Assembly (NCBI GenBank): GCA_951406725.2
Contig: OX597837.1
Location: forward strand, 35,960,001-36,024,000
Reading direction: 5' to 3'
Origin: Octopus vulgaris
Lineage: Eukaryota
DNA length: 64,000 bases
The translations under genes were made by a program, and so were the position numbers. A model generated the notes under the pieces. It made no database searches, was not told the origin of the DNA, and was given only the letters and a program-made list of their open reading frames with translations. Positions 40,071 to 54,196 of the stretch are shown here, piece by piece; the stretch's first letter is position 1, and each line of letters opens with the position of its first letter.

Positions 40071-41919
40071 TCTGCCGCAGCAGAATTGATACTAGGGCTG
40101 GTGTCGTCTATAAACTCTAGAGTGGTAGGCATTAAGGGCATCCAGCTGTAGAAAGCATGCCCCATGCCAGAACAGACAGTGGGGCCTAGTGTGGGTCCTG
40201 GCCTTAACAGCTCCAGTTGCACTGTCCAACCCATGCCAGCATGGAAAACAGACGTTGAATGATGATGGTGATGGTGAATATGATGATAATTAATCCTTAC
40301 AGGATTAAAGGATACACGGATTTAGGCTTTTGCTAGATCGTGTTGTATGAAGAAGAGACTGGCTGTATTGCAAATAAATGAAGCCCCGAGAAAATTTAAG
40401 AGCCCTCTGTGTGGTTGCTTGTCCTAACAGAAATAGCAGTCATATTCCTCCCAGATCAAAAACCTAATCTCATTAATATTTAGGAGAGCATATTAAGAAA
40501 GTGTAGCCCTTGCGATTTAGAAAAAAGGGAGGAGAGTGGCCGCCAGGACTTGTTTGACCATGGGCCTGTCTAGTCTGGTTTGATCTGGGGCTCAACAGAT
40601 TACTCAGCCAGCCAAACAACCAATCAGTGAACCAATTGCTTGACCAACCAGTTAACCAACTGAATGACTGACCGATTGCCTGACCAACCAGTTAACCAAC
40701 TGACCAACTAGCCAATTAGCCAATTTAATTATGAATCTCTTTCCTGTTTGCTGCACTTCAAGGCACTAAATTGACTGAGTCGGTGGAGCGTCAGACTAAA
40801 TATAGAGTGCTACAGCCTTCCTGGTCTCACAAAGTGTGATGCCCAACTTTCCTTTTTCACTCCTTCTAGTGGCTACAATACACTGAATACCAGACATATA
40901 CTGGGGTTAATTACAATGATTTATACTATTTACATTGATTTAACACTCAACCCTACAAATATAAAAAACTAAAAAATCAATCGCTTCTTTACATTCAAGA
41001 AGATATTGGAAATCAATATTCGTTTTTCGTTTTTATTTTATTTTTCACTTTTTGTTTTTTGTTTGTTTTTTTTCTTCTTTGTTGCCATTTTTGGGTCATT
41101 ACTGCTTATTTTTGGACGTATAAACACACAAAGAGCAAAACAGTTTCCATACATTACAATAATCAATTCAATTCTGAATATGTGTGTATGTGTGTGTCTG
41201 TGTGTGTGTCTGTGTGTGCATCATAATGTCTCCATGATGATGATGATGATGATGGTTATTAATTTTGGCCCAAGGCCAGTAATTTTTGCAAAAGGGGTGG
41301 TTTTGGTGGGGAAGGGTTTGGTGGGAGAGGGGGCAAGTTGATTATGTTGATCCCCGGTGTCTGATTGGTACTTAATTCGATCAACTCCGGAGAGAGAGAG
41401 GAACGGTAAAGTTGATCATGAAGGAATTTGATCTCAGAACATCGCGGGTTGGAACTAACACCACAAGGTATTTCATCCTATGTTCTAATGACTTGGCCAA
41501 TCCACCCCTTCATCACCATTTAACATCTGTTTTCCATGCTGGCATGGGTTATACGGTCTGACTATATACGGTCTTAACATCATCCTGTTAAGCATCTTGG
41601 TACCAAAGGAATTCAGGTGGCTGTCAATGGTGTCTCAGTCTCACAGGTATAGAGCAGGACAGGGAGAACCATAGACCCGAAGACAGAAACCTTTGTCCTT
41701 CTGCTCAGCCACCAGCAGTGCTGGACACCCTTGTTTGTTGAGTCCACAACTGCATCGAATTGGTAAGCCAGAGACCTGTACCAGATTCCAGACTGTTTTG
41801 GCTTGATCTCTATGTTTGGATGTCCTTCCTAATGCCAACCACTCCAAGGGTGTAGTGGGTGCTTTTTACGTGCCACTGGCATGGGTGCCTATTACATGAC
41901 ACTGGCACAAGTGACAGCT

Positions 41920-42295
41920 CAGGATGCCTTTTACGTGTCGCCAACACAGGGTGCCTTTTACGTGTCGCCAACACAGGGTGCCTTTTACGTGTCGCCAACA
42001 CAGGGTGCCTTTTACGTGTCGCCAACACAGGGTGCCTTTTACGTGTCACCAATACAGGGTGCCTTTTACGTGTCACCAATATAGGGTGCCTTTTACGTGT
42101 CGCCAATACAGGGTGCCTTTTACGTGTCGCCAACACAGGGTGCCTTTTACGTGTCACCAATATAGGGTGCCTTTTATGTGTCACCAATACAGGGTGCCTT
42201 TTACGTGTCGCCAACACAGGGTGCCTTTTACGTGTCACCAATACAGGGTGCCTTTTACGTGTCACCAACACAGGGTGCCTTTTACATGTCACCAG
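41920..42295 (+). repeat. 27-bp SINE-derived minisatellite (about 14 units)
   Basis: Unit agggtgccttttacgtgtcgccaacac; ORFs show 9-aa periodicity. Confidence 0.9.
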
Positions 42296-42810
42296 TGTAA
42301 TTAAGTTACCCCTATCCCTAAATCTGTTGGCCTTGTACCAAAATTTGAAACCTCGTCTGTCTTTGTTCTGAGTTCAAATGCTGCTGAGGTTGACTTTATC
42401 TTTCATCCTTTTGGAGTCGATAATATTTTAAATACCAGTCAAGCACTGGGGTTGATGTAATTGACCTACCCCCAACCCCTGAAAAAATGAAAGGCAAAAT
42501 CAACCTCGGCGGAATTTGAACTCAGAACATAAAGACAGGTGAAATACCGCTAAGCAGTTCTTCTGGCACACTAACAATTCTACCAGTTCACAATAACAAT
42601 AACAACATTAATGGTTTCAAATTTTGGCACAAGGCCAGCAAGTTCAAGGGTGGGCTAAGTCGATTATATTGAACCCCCAGTGTTTTACTGGTACTTAATT
42701 TATCGACCCCGAAAGGATAAAAGGTAAAGTCGACCTCGGCAGAATATGAACTCAGAATGTAAAAGACAGACAAAATAGCACTAATGGTTCTGTCAGCTTG
42801 CTGCCTTAGC

Positions 42811-42843
<33 letters not shown>

Positions 42844-42850
42844 TATTTCT

Positions 42851-42884
<34 letters not shown>

Positions 42885-42889
<5 letters not shown>

Positions 42890-43712
42890 ATAATAATAAT
42901 GCTTTCTAAATATGGGCACAAGGTGTGAAATTTTGGGGGAAGAGGCTAGCTGACCTCAGCACTCAATTCATACTTATTTCATCGACCCCAAAAGGATGAA
43001 AGGCAAAGTCGACCTTGGCAGAATTTGAACTCAGAATGTGAAAAACAAAATACCGCTAACGATTCTTTCAACTTGCTGCCTTAGCAATAATAATAATAAT
43101 AATGCTTTCTAAATACGGGCACAAGGTGTGAAATTTTGGGGGAAGAGGCTAGCTGACCTCAGCACTCAATTCATACTTATTTCATCGACCCCAAAAGGAT
43201 GAAAGGCAAAGTCGACCTTGGCAGAATTTGAACTCAGAATGTGAAAAACAAAATACCGCTAACGATTCTTTCAACTTGCTGCCTTAGCAATAATAATAAT
43301 AATAATGCTTTCTAAATACGGGCACAAGGTGTGAAATTTTGGGGGAAGAGGCTAGCTGACCTCAGCACTCAATTCATACTTATTTCATCGACCCCAAAAG
43401 GATGAAAGGCAAAGTCGACCTCGGCAGAATTTGAACTCAGAATGTGAAAAACAAAATACCACTAACGATTCTTTCAACTTGCTGCCTTAGCAATAATAAT
43501 AATAATAATGCTTTCTAAATATGGGCACAGGGTGTGAAATTTAGTGGGGAAGGGGCTAGTTGACCCCAGCTCTCAATTCGTACTTATTTCATCGACCCTC
43601 CAAAGGATGAAAGGCAAAGTCGACCTCGGCAGAATTTGAACTCATGATATAAAGTGTCAGAAGAAATGCTGCTACACACTTTCTCCGGCACCATTGCCAG
43701 CTCACTGCCTCA
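42885..43712 (-). repeat. Four tandem 203-bp SINE-derived units
   Basis: gctttctaaata occurs at 42901, 43104, 43307 and 43510. Confidence 0.9.
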
Positions 43713-44265
43713 ATAAAAGTGTTTTTGTTTATTGCTACAGGAATAATGGAAAAAGGAAGATTAGAAAGAACAAAGAAAAATGGTGAGGATTATATATTGA
43801 GTTTGGGAAACCGGGTTGGATCTGGAAAAAGCAAGGCCACTAGCAGTAGGGGTGTGTGTGTGGGTAACAGTTAATCCATGTGAATGAAATGTCTGAAATG
43901 GTGGGTTTTTCGTTAATTAATGGTTAATTGATGAGTTTATTGTGATTTGGTTGTTTTTTTTTCATCTACAGACTTTTAGGGTGGGAAATAACATAAGGAG
44001 ATAAGTTAAAAATAGGACGGACACACACACACACATGTATATGTTCAGAAATAAGAAAGACAGATGAGAAAAGAAGAAACTGATTTTAGTCATCTCTCTC
44101 TCTCTTCTAACTGCTCTCTCTCTTTCTCTCTTCTAACTGCTCTATGCCCAGCCAACACATAGCTCTGAAACATACGTGTATTGAGTTCTACACCAGGTTA
44201 TTAGTCTCACTATGCCTAAGTGAAATATTAATACATATTCATATAAATATTTATACACAAACACA

Positions 44266-44311
<46 letters not shown>

Positions 44312-44314
44312 CAC

Positions 44315-44363
<49 letters not shown>

Positions 44364-44619
44364 TACATTTATATATATACACACACACACATATTTATAT
44401 ATATACACACATATACATTTATATACACCCATTTATACACACACACACATTTGCACACAATCATGCACATGTATTTATACCCATAACCATGCACATATAT
44501 ATATTTATACACACACATATATATATATACATGCGTGTGTGTGTGTGTGTTGACCATTTCACTTTGCTGAGTGATAATATAGTGGAATTAGCATCAAGTC
44601 CAAAGTCTTAAGACCACTT

Positions 44620-44870
44620 GGACATGTCGATGCAGTTGTGGACTCAACAAACAAGGGTGTCCAGCACTGCTGGTGGCTGAGCAGAAGGACAAAGGTTTCT
44701 GTCTTCGGGTCTATGGTTCTCCCTGTCCCACTCTACACCTGTGAGACTGAGACACCATTGAGGGCCCTTGAGAGCCACCTGAACTCCTTTGGTACCAAGA
44801 TGCTTAACAGGATGATGGGTCACCCTTGGTTGGATGTCATATCCAACCAGTGACATTGCTCAGAAATTGA
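44620..44870 (+). mobile_element. Degenerate RTE LINE fragment; inverted copy at 41578-41758
   Basis: WLSRRTKVSVFGSMVLPVPLYTCET...LNSFGTKMLNRMMGHPWLDVISN. Confidence 0.7.
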
Positions 44871-45091
44871 GACGCCTCCTTTTTGAGAGTCAAGTTTATT
44901 TCAGATATTCTCATTTTAAAAATCATCTCTTGTTAATCGTTGAGGCGACGTTGGTGTTGCCTTGGTGGAGGTTTGCGCTCCCTAAGTGCTCTTGTTGACA
45001 TTATTTATTATCATCATCACCATCATTATTATTGTTATTAATACTATTATTATGACTTTTACTACTACTACTACTACTATATGACTTTTAC

Positions 45092-45124
<33 letters not shown>

Positions 45125-45313
45125 GGCGGTGAGCTAGCGGAATCATTACCGTTTACAGTGCCAGGCAAAATGTTTAGCAGCATTTCATCTGTTTTTATGT
45201 TCTAAGCTCAATAAAATTAGTACCCGTTATACACTGGGATCAATGTAATCAACTCATCCTCCTCCCCCCAAAATTGCTGCCCTTGCGGCAAAATTTGAAA
45301 CCATTATTATTAC

Positions 45314-45347
<34 letters not shown>

Positions 45348-46353
45348 GCCGTTCATTTGACTCTATTCCTGACATCATGCGCAGCAAACTGCATTATTGG
45401 CAGTGCACACCGTGCTGCATTACTAACATCATGCTATAAACTGCACCATTGAGACAGTGCACCACACTGCACACCTCGACACGCTATTGTGTGTGCACGT
45501 TCTAATGCAATATTGAAATTCTTCAATAATTCTTTGTAAAACTGGAAACATTCACAGAACAACATCTGAAAAATCTGTTTTGGAGTCTTTCTTTGAAATG
45601 GTTTTCAGCTTTGCATTTCTCAAAGAACAGCTGCTGTGAATTTAGAGAACTATGCTCTTTGCCTCACATACATACATAACGAGTTACAGTGCACCTGGGT
45701 ACTATACAATAAGCTCGTTATTATTATTGTTATTAGGAGTGACATCTAGATGTCAGAATAGTTAGAATGTTGAACAAAATGCTTAGCAGTGTTTCGTCTG
45801 TCTTTATGTTCTGAGTTCAAATTCTGCCGAGGTCTACTTTTCCTTTTGTCTCTTTCAGGGTCAACAAAAGAGGTACCAGCTGAGTACTGGGGGTCAGTGT
45901 AATTAACTTACAACTTGGGAAGAATAGGGGCCAAGAGGTGGTTCCACACTCTTCAAAACCGTGAAACTCCTGAACCAGGGACCCAACTACTGGATGCAGC
46001 TGAAAGTCATACCTGGACATACACGTATGTGAGTGTACATACCAATAATAATAAAAGCAATGAAAGTTGGTGAGCCAGTGGAATCCTTAGCATTCTGAGA
46101 TTTGTCTGTCTTCATGTTCTGAGTTCAAATTCCGCTGAGGTCAACTTTGCCTTTCATCCTTTTGGGGTATCACTTGAACACTGGAGTCAATATAATCAAA
46201 TTAGCCCCTTCCCCAAAATTACTGGCCTTGTGCCAAAATTTCAAATCAGTAATTATAATAACAATCTTTTTTATTATAGGTCCAAGGCCTGAAATTTTGG
46301 AGGAAGGTGCCAACTTTACAGCGTCAACTTTACACTTGATGTTATGTTGTGAA

Positions 46354-46690
46354 CCTAACACCGTCGAACTGACACCGTCAATCTGATACCATTGGCCTGA
46401 CACCATCAACCTGACACCGTCGACCTGAGACCTTTGACCTTATACCATCGACCTGACACCTTCGACCCGACACCGTCGACCCGACACCGTCGACCCGACA
46501 CCGTCGACCTGACACCGTCGACCTGACACCGTCAACCTGACATCGTAGACCTGACACCATCGACCTGACACCGTCGGCCTTACACCGTCGACCTGACACC
46601 GTCGACCTTACACCATCGATCTGACACCGTCGACCTGACACTGTCAACCTTGTACCATCAATGCTATACTGTCAACGTTACACTGTCATA
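46354..46690. repeat. 14-bp CpG-rich minisatellite (acctgacaccgtcg)n
   Basis: About 20 or more units with GTCGAC palindromes at the junctions. Confidence 0.85.
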
Positions 46691-47519
46691 AATAAATACA
46701 ATTATGCTGATTCAGATTTTGTTAACTTTTTTCTTTTGTAATGGATACCAGTCTATTCTGTCAACAGATAGAAGGAAATAAGTGGTTATCCTGATGAGGT
46801 TTTAACATAAAGCAAAATCAGTTTTGCATCTCAGTTGTTGAAATCTCTTTGATTAAACAACAGTGTATGTTCGCAGCGACACTGAACCATCCTCCACATC
46901 ATTTTACATCTACATTCCATGCTGGCATGGGTTTGATGGATCATCCAAGTTAATTCTAATATTAAGTTATTGCCTTTCTATATGAATCAGATGACCCCAT
47001 TTTCTTGTATGCTCATGTTTGGGGCAGGTTTTCCACGAATAGATGTCTTTCTTAACACCGACTACATTACAAAGTGAACCACATGCTTTACTATTGTGGC
47101 ACCTACACCAGAGGGGTTGCTCTACCTTTGACAACACTAAAGAGTACTCTCACCCTATATTATTACTTCAGTACAATTACCAACTACTTTACAGAGATTG
47201 GGCACCTTTTATGGTGGCCCTAGTGCTAGTGAAGATGCTGTGTACCTCACAAGATTAGAGTTCTTAGTACTCAAAGACGAAGAGGGCGATGACAGAAGCT
47301 AAACTAGAGTGAGATGGAAAGAGAGAAACGTTCATGAGAGAGGAGGAATAGAGAACCTGATATGTTTATTAAGGATATGGCTGTAACTGTTTACAAATTT
47401 AATCTCAACTGCACAATGTTTGTGTCCTCAGCCTGTGTGTGCATATATATTTATGTACACAGGCACACATATATGTATGTACATACAGTTATACATATGT
47501 ATATACGTGTGTGTGTGTA

Positions 47520-47778
47520 TATATACACATATATATACACATATACACATATATATACATATACACACATATATATATATATATATACACACATATATAT
47601 ATATATACACACACATATACACACATATATACACATATATATATATATATATACACACACATATATATATACACATATATATATATATATACACACATAT
47701 ATATATATATACACACATATATATATATACACACATATATATATATACACACACACACACACATATATATATACACAC

Positions 47779-47809
<31 letters not shown>

Positions 47810-47832
47810 TATATATACACATATACACACAG

Positions 47833-47863
<31 letters not shown>

Positions 47864-47864
47864 C

Positions 47865-47899
<35 letters not shown>

Positions 47900-48118
47900 T
47901 ATATATATATATACACACACACACATATATATACACATATACACACAGATATATATATACACATATACACACACACATATATATATATACACATACATAT
48001 ACATATTTATATACACATATACACACACACATACATATCTATATACACATATACACACACACATATCTATATACACATATACACACACACACATATATAC
48101 ACATATACACACACACAC

Positions 48119-48171
<53 letters not shown>

Positions 48172-48194
48172 CACATATACATACATACACACAC

Positions 48195-48256
<62 letters not shown>

Positions 48257-48268
48257 ATATACACATAT

Positions 48269-48302
<34 letters not shown>
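47520..48302. repeat. Long mixed (TA)/(CA) microsatellite; similar tracts at 1500-1870, 3300-3780, 18560-19160 and 61370-61600
   Basis: Seen directly. Confidence 0.95.
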
Positions 48303-49644
48303 TTGGGTCATGTTGAAAACAGCACTGCGCATTACATTATTAACAGCTGTTAAAATTGATTTTGTTATTAATGTTGCTGTTGTTGTTGTTGCTGTAAGTA
48401 AGAGCAGTAGATTTGTATTTCACCATTCCTAGGTTTGTTAAACTGCATATCATATTTAGGGGTTAGCTTAACCTCCTCAGATATGTAATTTCATGCCCAG
48501 ATTTACAAACTATTATTATCATTATTACCCTTCAAAATACTGCCAAGGTTGACTTAGCCATTCATCCTTTTGGGATGGATAAAATATGTACCAGTTAGAC
48601 ACTGGGGTCAAAATTGCTGGCCTTGTGCCAAAATATGAAATCATCATTGTCATTTCCCGGCCGATGCAAATATATTTCAGTGGTGGTGCCCCAGCATGGC
48701 CGCGGCCTTTGGGCTAAAACATTTTTAAGGATTTAAGGATTATTATTATGGTAGTGAGCTGGCAGAAACATTAAGACATTGGATAAAGCATTTAGCAGCA
48801 TTTTGTCTGTCCCTAATGTTCTGGGTTCAAATCCTACCGAGATCGACTTTGCCCTTCATCTTTTTGGAATCATGATTGTTTAAATGTCTGCTTTCCATGC
48901 TGGAATGGGTTGGACAGTTTGACTGAGGACAGGCAAGCTGAGAGGCTGCACCAGGCTCCAATCTGATTTAGCAAGGTTTCTACAGCTGGATGCCCTTCCT
49001 AATGCCAACCACTCTGAGAGTGTAGTGGGTGCTTTTACATACCACTAGCACAGGAGCCAGTCCAGTGGCACTGACATCAGTCACGCTCAAATGGTGGTTT
49101 TTTTTATGTGCTGCCAGCATGGGTGCCAGTCAGGTGACACTGCCATCAGCCACGCTTCATTGGTGCATTCTATGTGCCACCGGCACAGATGACAGTCAGG
49201 CAGCACTGGCCACACTTGAATGGTGCATTTTATGTGCCACCAGCACAGGTGCCAGTCTGGCAGCACTGGCACTCATAAAATAATTACTGGTTGAGCACTG
49301 GGGTCAATGTAATTGGCTGGCCCCTTCCTTTGAAATTTCAGGCCTTGTGCCTATGGGAGAATATTATTATTATTATTATTATTATTAGTGTGTTCATCAA
49401 AAAGTGGTCGACAGGGGCAAAACTGCTGAGAATAAATGGGGATAAGTAACTTGATAATACAAATCAGGTCCAGTCCATAAATGGTAGGGGTGGGTATTGC
49501 TTGCAAAAAACCACACCAAAAGTGTGTGTGTGTGTGTGTGTTAGATGGTGATGGACAGTGACAAGTGATTAAATGAAGGATTATGGTGGGTCAGAAGATG
49601 AAGGACTTTGACTTGATTATTGCTGTTATATTTAATCTGAAGAT

Positions 49645-50110
49645 ACGGGAGTCTGCTGAGAGCCTACTGAGATTTTGCCAAGTGTCAAGAGTCCATGAGC
49701 CCGTCAAGAGCCCTCAAGCCTGTCGAGAGCCCTTGAGCCCGTCAAGAGTTTGCGAGCCCATCAAGAGTCCACAAGGCCATCAAGAGTCAGCAAGCCTGTC
49801 GAGAGTCTGTGAGTCTGTCGAGAGTCTGCGAGCCTATCGAGAGTCCGCAAGCCTGTCGAGAGTCCATGAGCCCATTGAGAGTCCACAAGCCCGTGAAGAG
49901 CCTGCGAACCCATTGAGAGCCTGCGAGCCCATTGAGAGCCTGTAAGCCCATGAGCCCATTAAGAGTCCACGAGCCTATTGAAAGTCCACAAGCCCATGAA
50001 TAGTCCGTGAGCCTGCCTTGAAAGTTCAAGAGCCTGCAAGTCCGTTGAGAGTCTGTGAGCCCATCAAGAGCCCGTAAGCCTGTCCAGATTCCTCCAGCCC
50101 CATCGAGAAT
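49645..50110. repeat. Degenerate short-unit satellite (gagccc/gagagtc motifs)
   Basis: Recurring gagccc[a/g]tc[a/g]agagtcc. Confidence 0.7.
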
Positions 50111-50304
50111 CTGCACGTCTGTTGAATGCCTACAATTACACAATTCTGGCTGATGACAGAACTTCTTGTCAGACTATCTTCAGAACGAATTCAGTTGTAG
50201 AAACACAGCTTCATGTTGCAGTGGCAAATTGTAATGATTTAAAAAGATTTCATGTTCGTACTGAGGCCCCTTTTCCCTTTCTTTACCCACAAGTATATAC
50301 ATAT

Positions 50305-51485
50305 AACAAAGTCACAATGACAAAAGAAAAAATCATAATTATTGATAAAGTTATGACCTGACAAAGTAACGGTAACACTACAATGTCGTGATGACATAAA
50401 GAACCCCCTAGAAGTTATGAGGAAGATACAGTGGTGTGAAGTTATGATGACACAATGTCACAATGACTAAAGTTATGATGACAAAGTTACAATGATTTGA
50501 TGACACGATGCATCAAGAAGTTGTGATGACATGATAAAAGTCACAATGACATAAAGAGGTCATGATGACATAAAAGGTTGTGATGACACAATGGAACCAT
50601 GACAGCAGTAAAGTCATAATGATACAAGAAAGAAGTTATGATGACACAGTAAAGTCATGATGACACAAGACGTCGTGATGACACGAAGTGATGATGACAG
50701 ATAATTACATTGACACAAAGTTGTGATGACAACAAAATGACAAAAAGTTACAACAAAGCTTTGATGATAACAAGTGACCCATTGACTCAACAAGGTCATA
50801 ATGATACATGAAAGGAGTTGTGATGACATGGCAAAGTCATGATGACACAATGAAGCCATGGTGATGACAAAGTCACAATGATACAAGCTGTCTTGATGAC
50901 ACAAAACTACACTGTCAATGTTGTGCTGACGGAACAGAATTACAACAACAAACTTAAACCTACAATGACAATACAATGATGACACAAAAGACCCGCAAGG
51001 GCACAGCAAAGCTGTCATCACATAATTTAGCCATGATGACAGTAAAGTCACAATGATACAAAAGGTCATAATGACATAATGAAGTTGTGATGACACAAAG
51101 TTACAATGATACTTGAAAGAAGTTGTGATGACACAACGAAGTCGTGATGACAGAAAATTACAACAACAGTTCCAACAGAGCTATGATGACACATAAAACC
51201 CACGACGACACGGCAAAGTTACTATGACACAGTGAAGCCATGCTGACAACAAAGTCATGATGACAGGAAACCACATTGACAAAGTTGTGATGACACAACA
51301 GTTAGATCCACAATGACACAAAAGACCCATGATGACCTAACAAAACTATCATAACTTAACGAAGCCATAGCGACCCAATAAAGCCCTAACAACAGCAGTT
51401 ACAATTATATAACAACAAAAGCATAATAACAACAAAGTCACAACAAAATCATGACAACTCAACAAGGTCTCGATGACAACACTAC
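50305..51485. repeat. Degenerate satellite built on the (aagt)catgatgacac motif
   Basis: atgac/tgatgaca recurs dozens of times at irregular spacing. Confidence 0.75.
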
Positions 51486-52039
51486 AGTTCTCTGACGGTC
51501 TGTTACAGTGAGATCCTATACATATAAAGTGGCCAAATTTTGTGCCCTTTATATCTTGGCTTCATTTTTAGGGTCAGAAAATACTTCAACCCCTTATAAG
51601 TAACTTTCTTTACTACCCACAAGGGGCTAAACACAGAGAGGACAAACAAGGACAGACACACGGATTAAGTCGATTATATCGACCCCATTGCGTAACTGGC
51701 ACTTAATTTATCGACCCCGAAAGGATGAAAGGCAAAGTCGACCTCGGCGGAATTTGAACTCAGAACATAGCAGCAGACGAAATACTGCTAAGCATTTCGC
51801 CCGGTGTGCTAATGATTCTGCCAGCTCGCCGCCTTATAAGTAGTTTACTATGGAGAGGGCTATGCTAAAATCCCACAATTATAGTACTGCTCCCATCTGT
51901 GGAAAAGGGCTGATATGTGTGTCTGAACAATGTATCAGGGCTTCTAGAAGAAGGACCATTTCATTGATGGTAACGATTCACTCGCTAACACAATGTGACT
52001 GCAATTCTTTCACTCCTACTACAGCTTACCTTCTAGAAC

Positions 52040-52745
52040 AGTGAGTAAACACTTTCAGAACACGTGAGCTAAACACTTCTTGTAAACACACGATTGTAGT
52101 TTACTACAAGAAGCTACTCAAAAACGTTTCGGAAGAATTGCAAGCTAAATACTTGCAGAACTCACTGAACACTTTGTGAACATACTTTAAACACTTCCAG
52201 ATCACATGTTAAACACTTTGTACACACACTCTAAACATATTCAGAATACAAGTTAAACACTTCCAGAACACATGCTAGACACTTGTACATACATCCTAGG
52301 CACTTCCAGAACAAATATGAAACTGCCAAAACTTAAGCTAAACACTTCCAGAACACACACACTAAACACCTTTATGCTAGATATGTTCAGAATATAAGTT
52401 AAACACTTCCAGAACACAGTAAACTCTTTATGAACATATATTAAACACTTCAGAACACTTGCTAAACGTTTATTGTACATGCATGCTAGAGACACTTCCA
52501 TAAGTTTAAGATTGCCAGAACTCAAGCTAAACACATCCAGAACATATGCTAAACACTTCTTGTTCCCACATACTAGAGTCTTCTGGAATACATGACCCCA
52601 GCATTTTCAGAGCACGAACTAAACACTTCCAGAACACACACTAAACACTTCTTGTTCCTACATACTAGAGTCTTTTGGAATACATGCCCCCAGCATTTTC
52701 ACAGCACTAACTAAACGCTTCCAGAACACACACACTTAACACCTC
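52040..52745. repeat. Degenerate satellite built on taaacacttccagaacac
   Basis: The motif recurs many times, and a block near 52540-52740 is duplicated. Confidence 0.75.
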
Positions 52746-54010
52746 ATCCAGTCCTTCTTCCCTAGGTTCACCACCCACTGGTATCACCTTTCTGTTCCCA
52801 TTCTTCCCCTGCCATCCCTGACAGACCAACAAATTTTAAAACTAAATTTCAACCACATCAAATGCATCACATATTGTCACAATATATTGAATTACAGGAT
52901 CATTCAGACAGGTAGAGTTCCACCCGTTTGGCCCAATGAAGGACAGTCTTCAAGGGACAAGGATTTGGGGCTCGCGGACTCTCGATGGGCTCACTAAACC
53001 AGGTGTCTTCACAAAAAAACGGGCACTCCAGTGGTTACAATGACGAGGGTTCCAGTTTATCTAATCAACAGAATAGCCTGCTTGTGCAATTAACCTGCAA
53101 GTGGCTGAGTACTCCACAGATACACATAATCTTAATGTAGTTCTCGGGGAGATTCAGCAAGATACAGAATAAGACAAGACTGGCATATTTTTTTTCTTTT
53201 TCACTTGTTTCAGTCATTTGACTGCGGCCATGCTGGAGCACCGCCTTTAGTCGAGCAAATCGACCCCCGGGACTTATTCTTTGTAAGCCCAGTACTTATT
53301 CTATCGGTCACTTTTGCTGAACCGCTAAGTGATGGGGACATAAACATACCAGCATCGGTTGTCCAGCAATGCTAGGGGGACAAACACAGACACACAAACA
53401 TATAATCTTTTACTCTTTTACTTGTTTCAGTCATTTGACTGCGTGCATGCTGGAGCACCGCCTTTAATATCTGAACTTTTTGTTTTCAAAGAGGGTGGCA
53501 GAGTTATGTTGAGTCATACATTTGTATCGAGGAAGAGATAATCTTTATCAATGTGGAATTTGAACCCTCTATCTCAGTCAGCAATCAGGCAATCAATAAA
53601 TTGGACTAATTAGTGGTACCCTTTTATTCGCTGTACAGCCCAAATCTGGTACCATCTGATTTCCACCCATTTTGATCCGATGAAGAACAGTCTTTAGGGT
53701 CAATGATTTGGTGAGACAGATGAGGAGAGAGTGATGGTGAAGATTTGGCTACAACCATGGACATCTGAACATTTTTCAAAGAGGATTTGGGATTGTTTTC
53801 AGTGATGGCACAAATGCATCGCTTGCAATGGAGAGACGACTACGTTGAGTCATACCTTTGTATAGAAGGAAGAGGTAATCTTTACCAATGTGAACTTTTA
53901 ACAATCTATCTCGGTCAGCAATCAAGCAATCGATAAATTGGACTGGTCTGTGGTACCCCTTTGTTCATTGCACAACCCAAATCTGGTACCCTCTGACTTC
54001 CACCCATTTG

Positions 54011-54152
54011 CATTATTTACATTTGACAGATATTTGTCCTCAACTTGTTTGTTATTAACACAACACTTCGGCTGATATACCCTCCAGCCTTCATCAGGTG
54101 TCTTGGGGAAATTTTGAACCTGAGTTCTCATTCCTAAGGTATTTTTTGATGA

Positions 54153-54196
<44 letters not shown>

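Noticed and set aside
41810-42371. Repeat ORFs or CRISPR-like periodicity
   Set aside because: Spacerless 27-bp tandem repeat derived from a SINE motif.
47362-48432. His/Thr/Tyr/Ile or Cys/Val-rich ORFs here and across the window
   Set aside because: Dinucleotide microsatellite translations.
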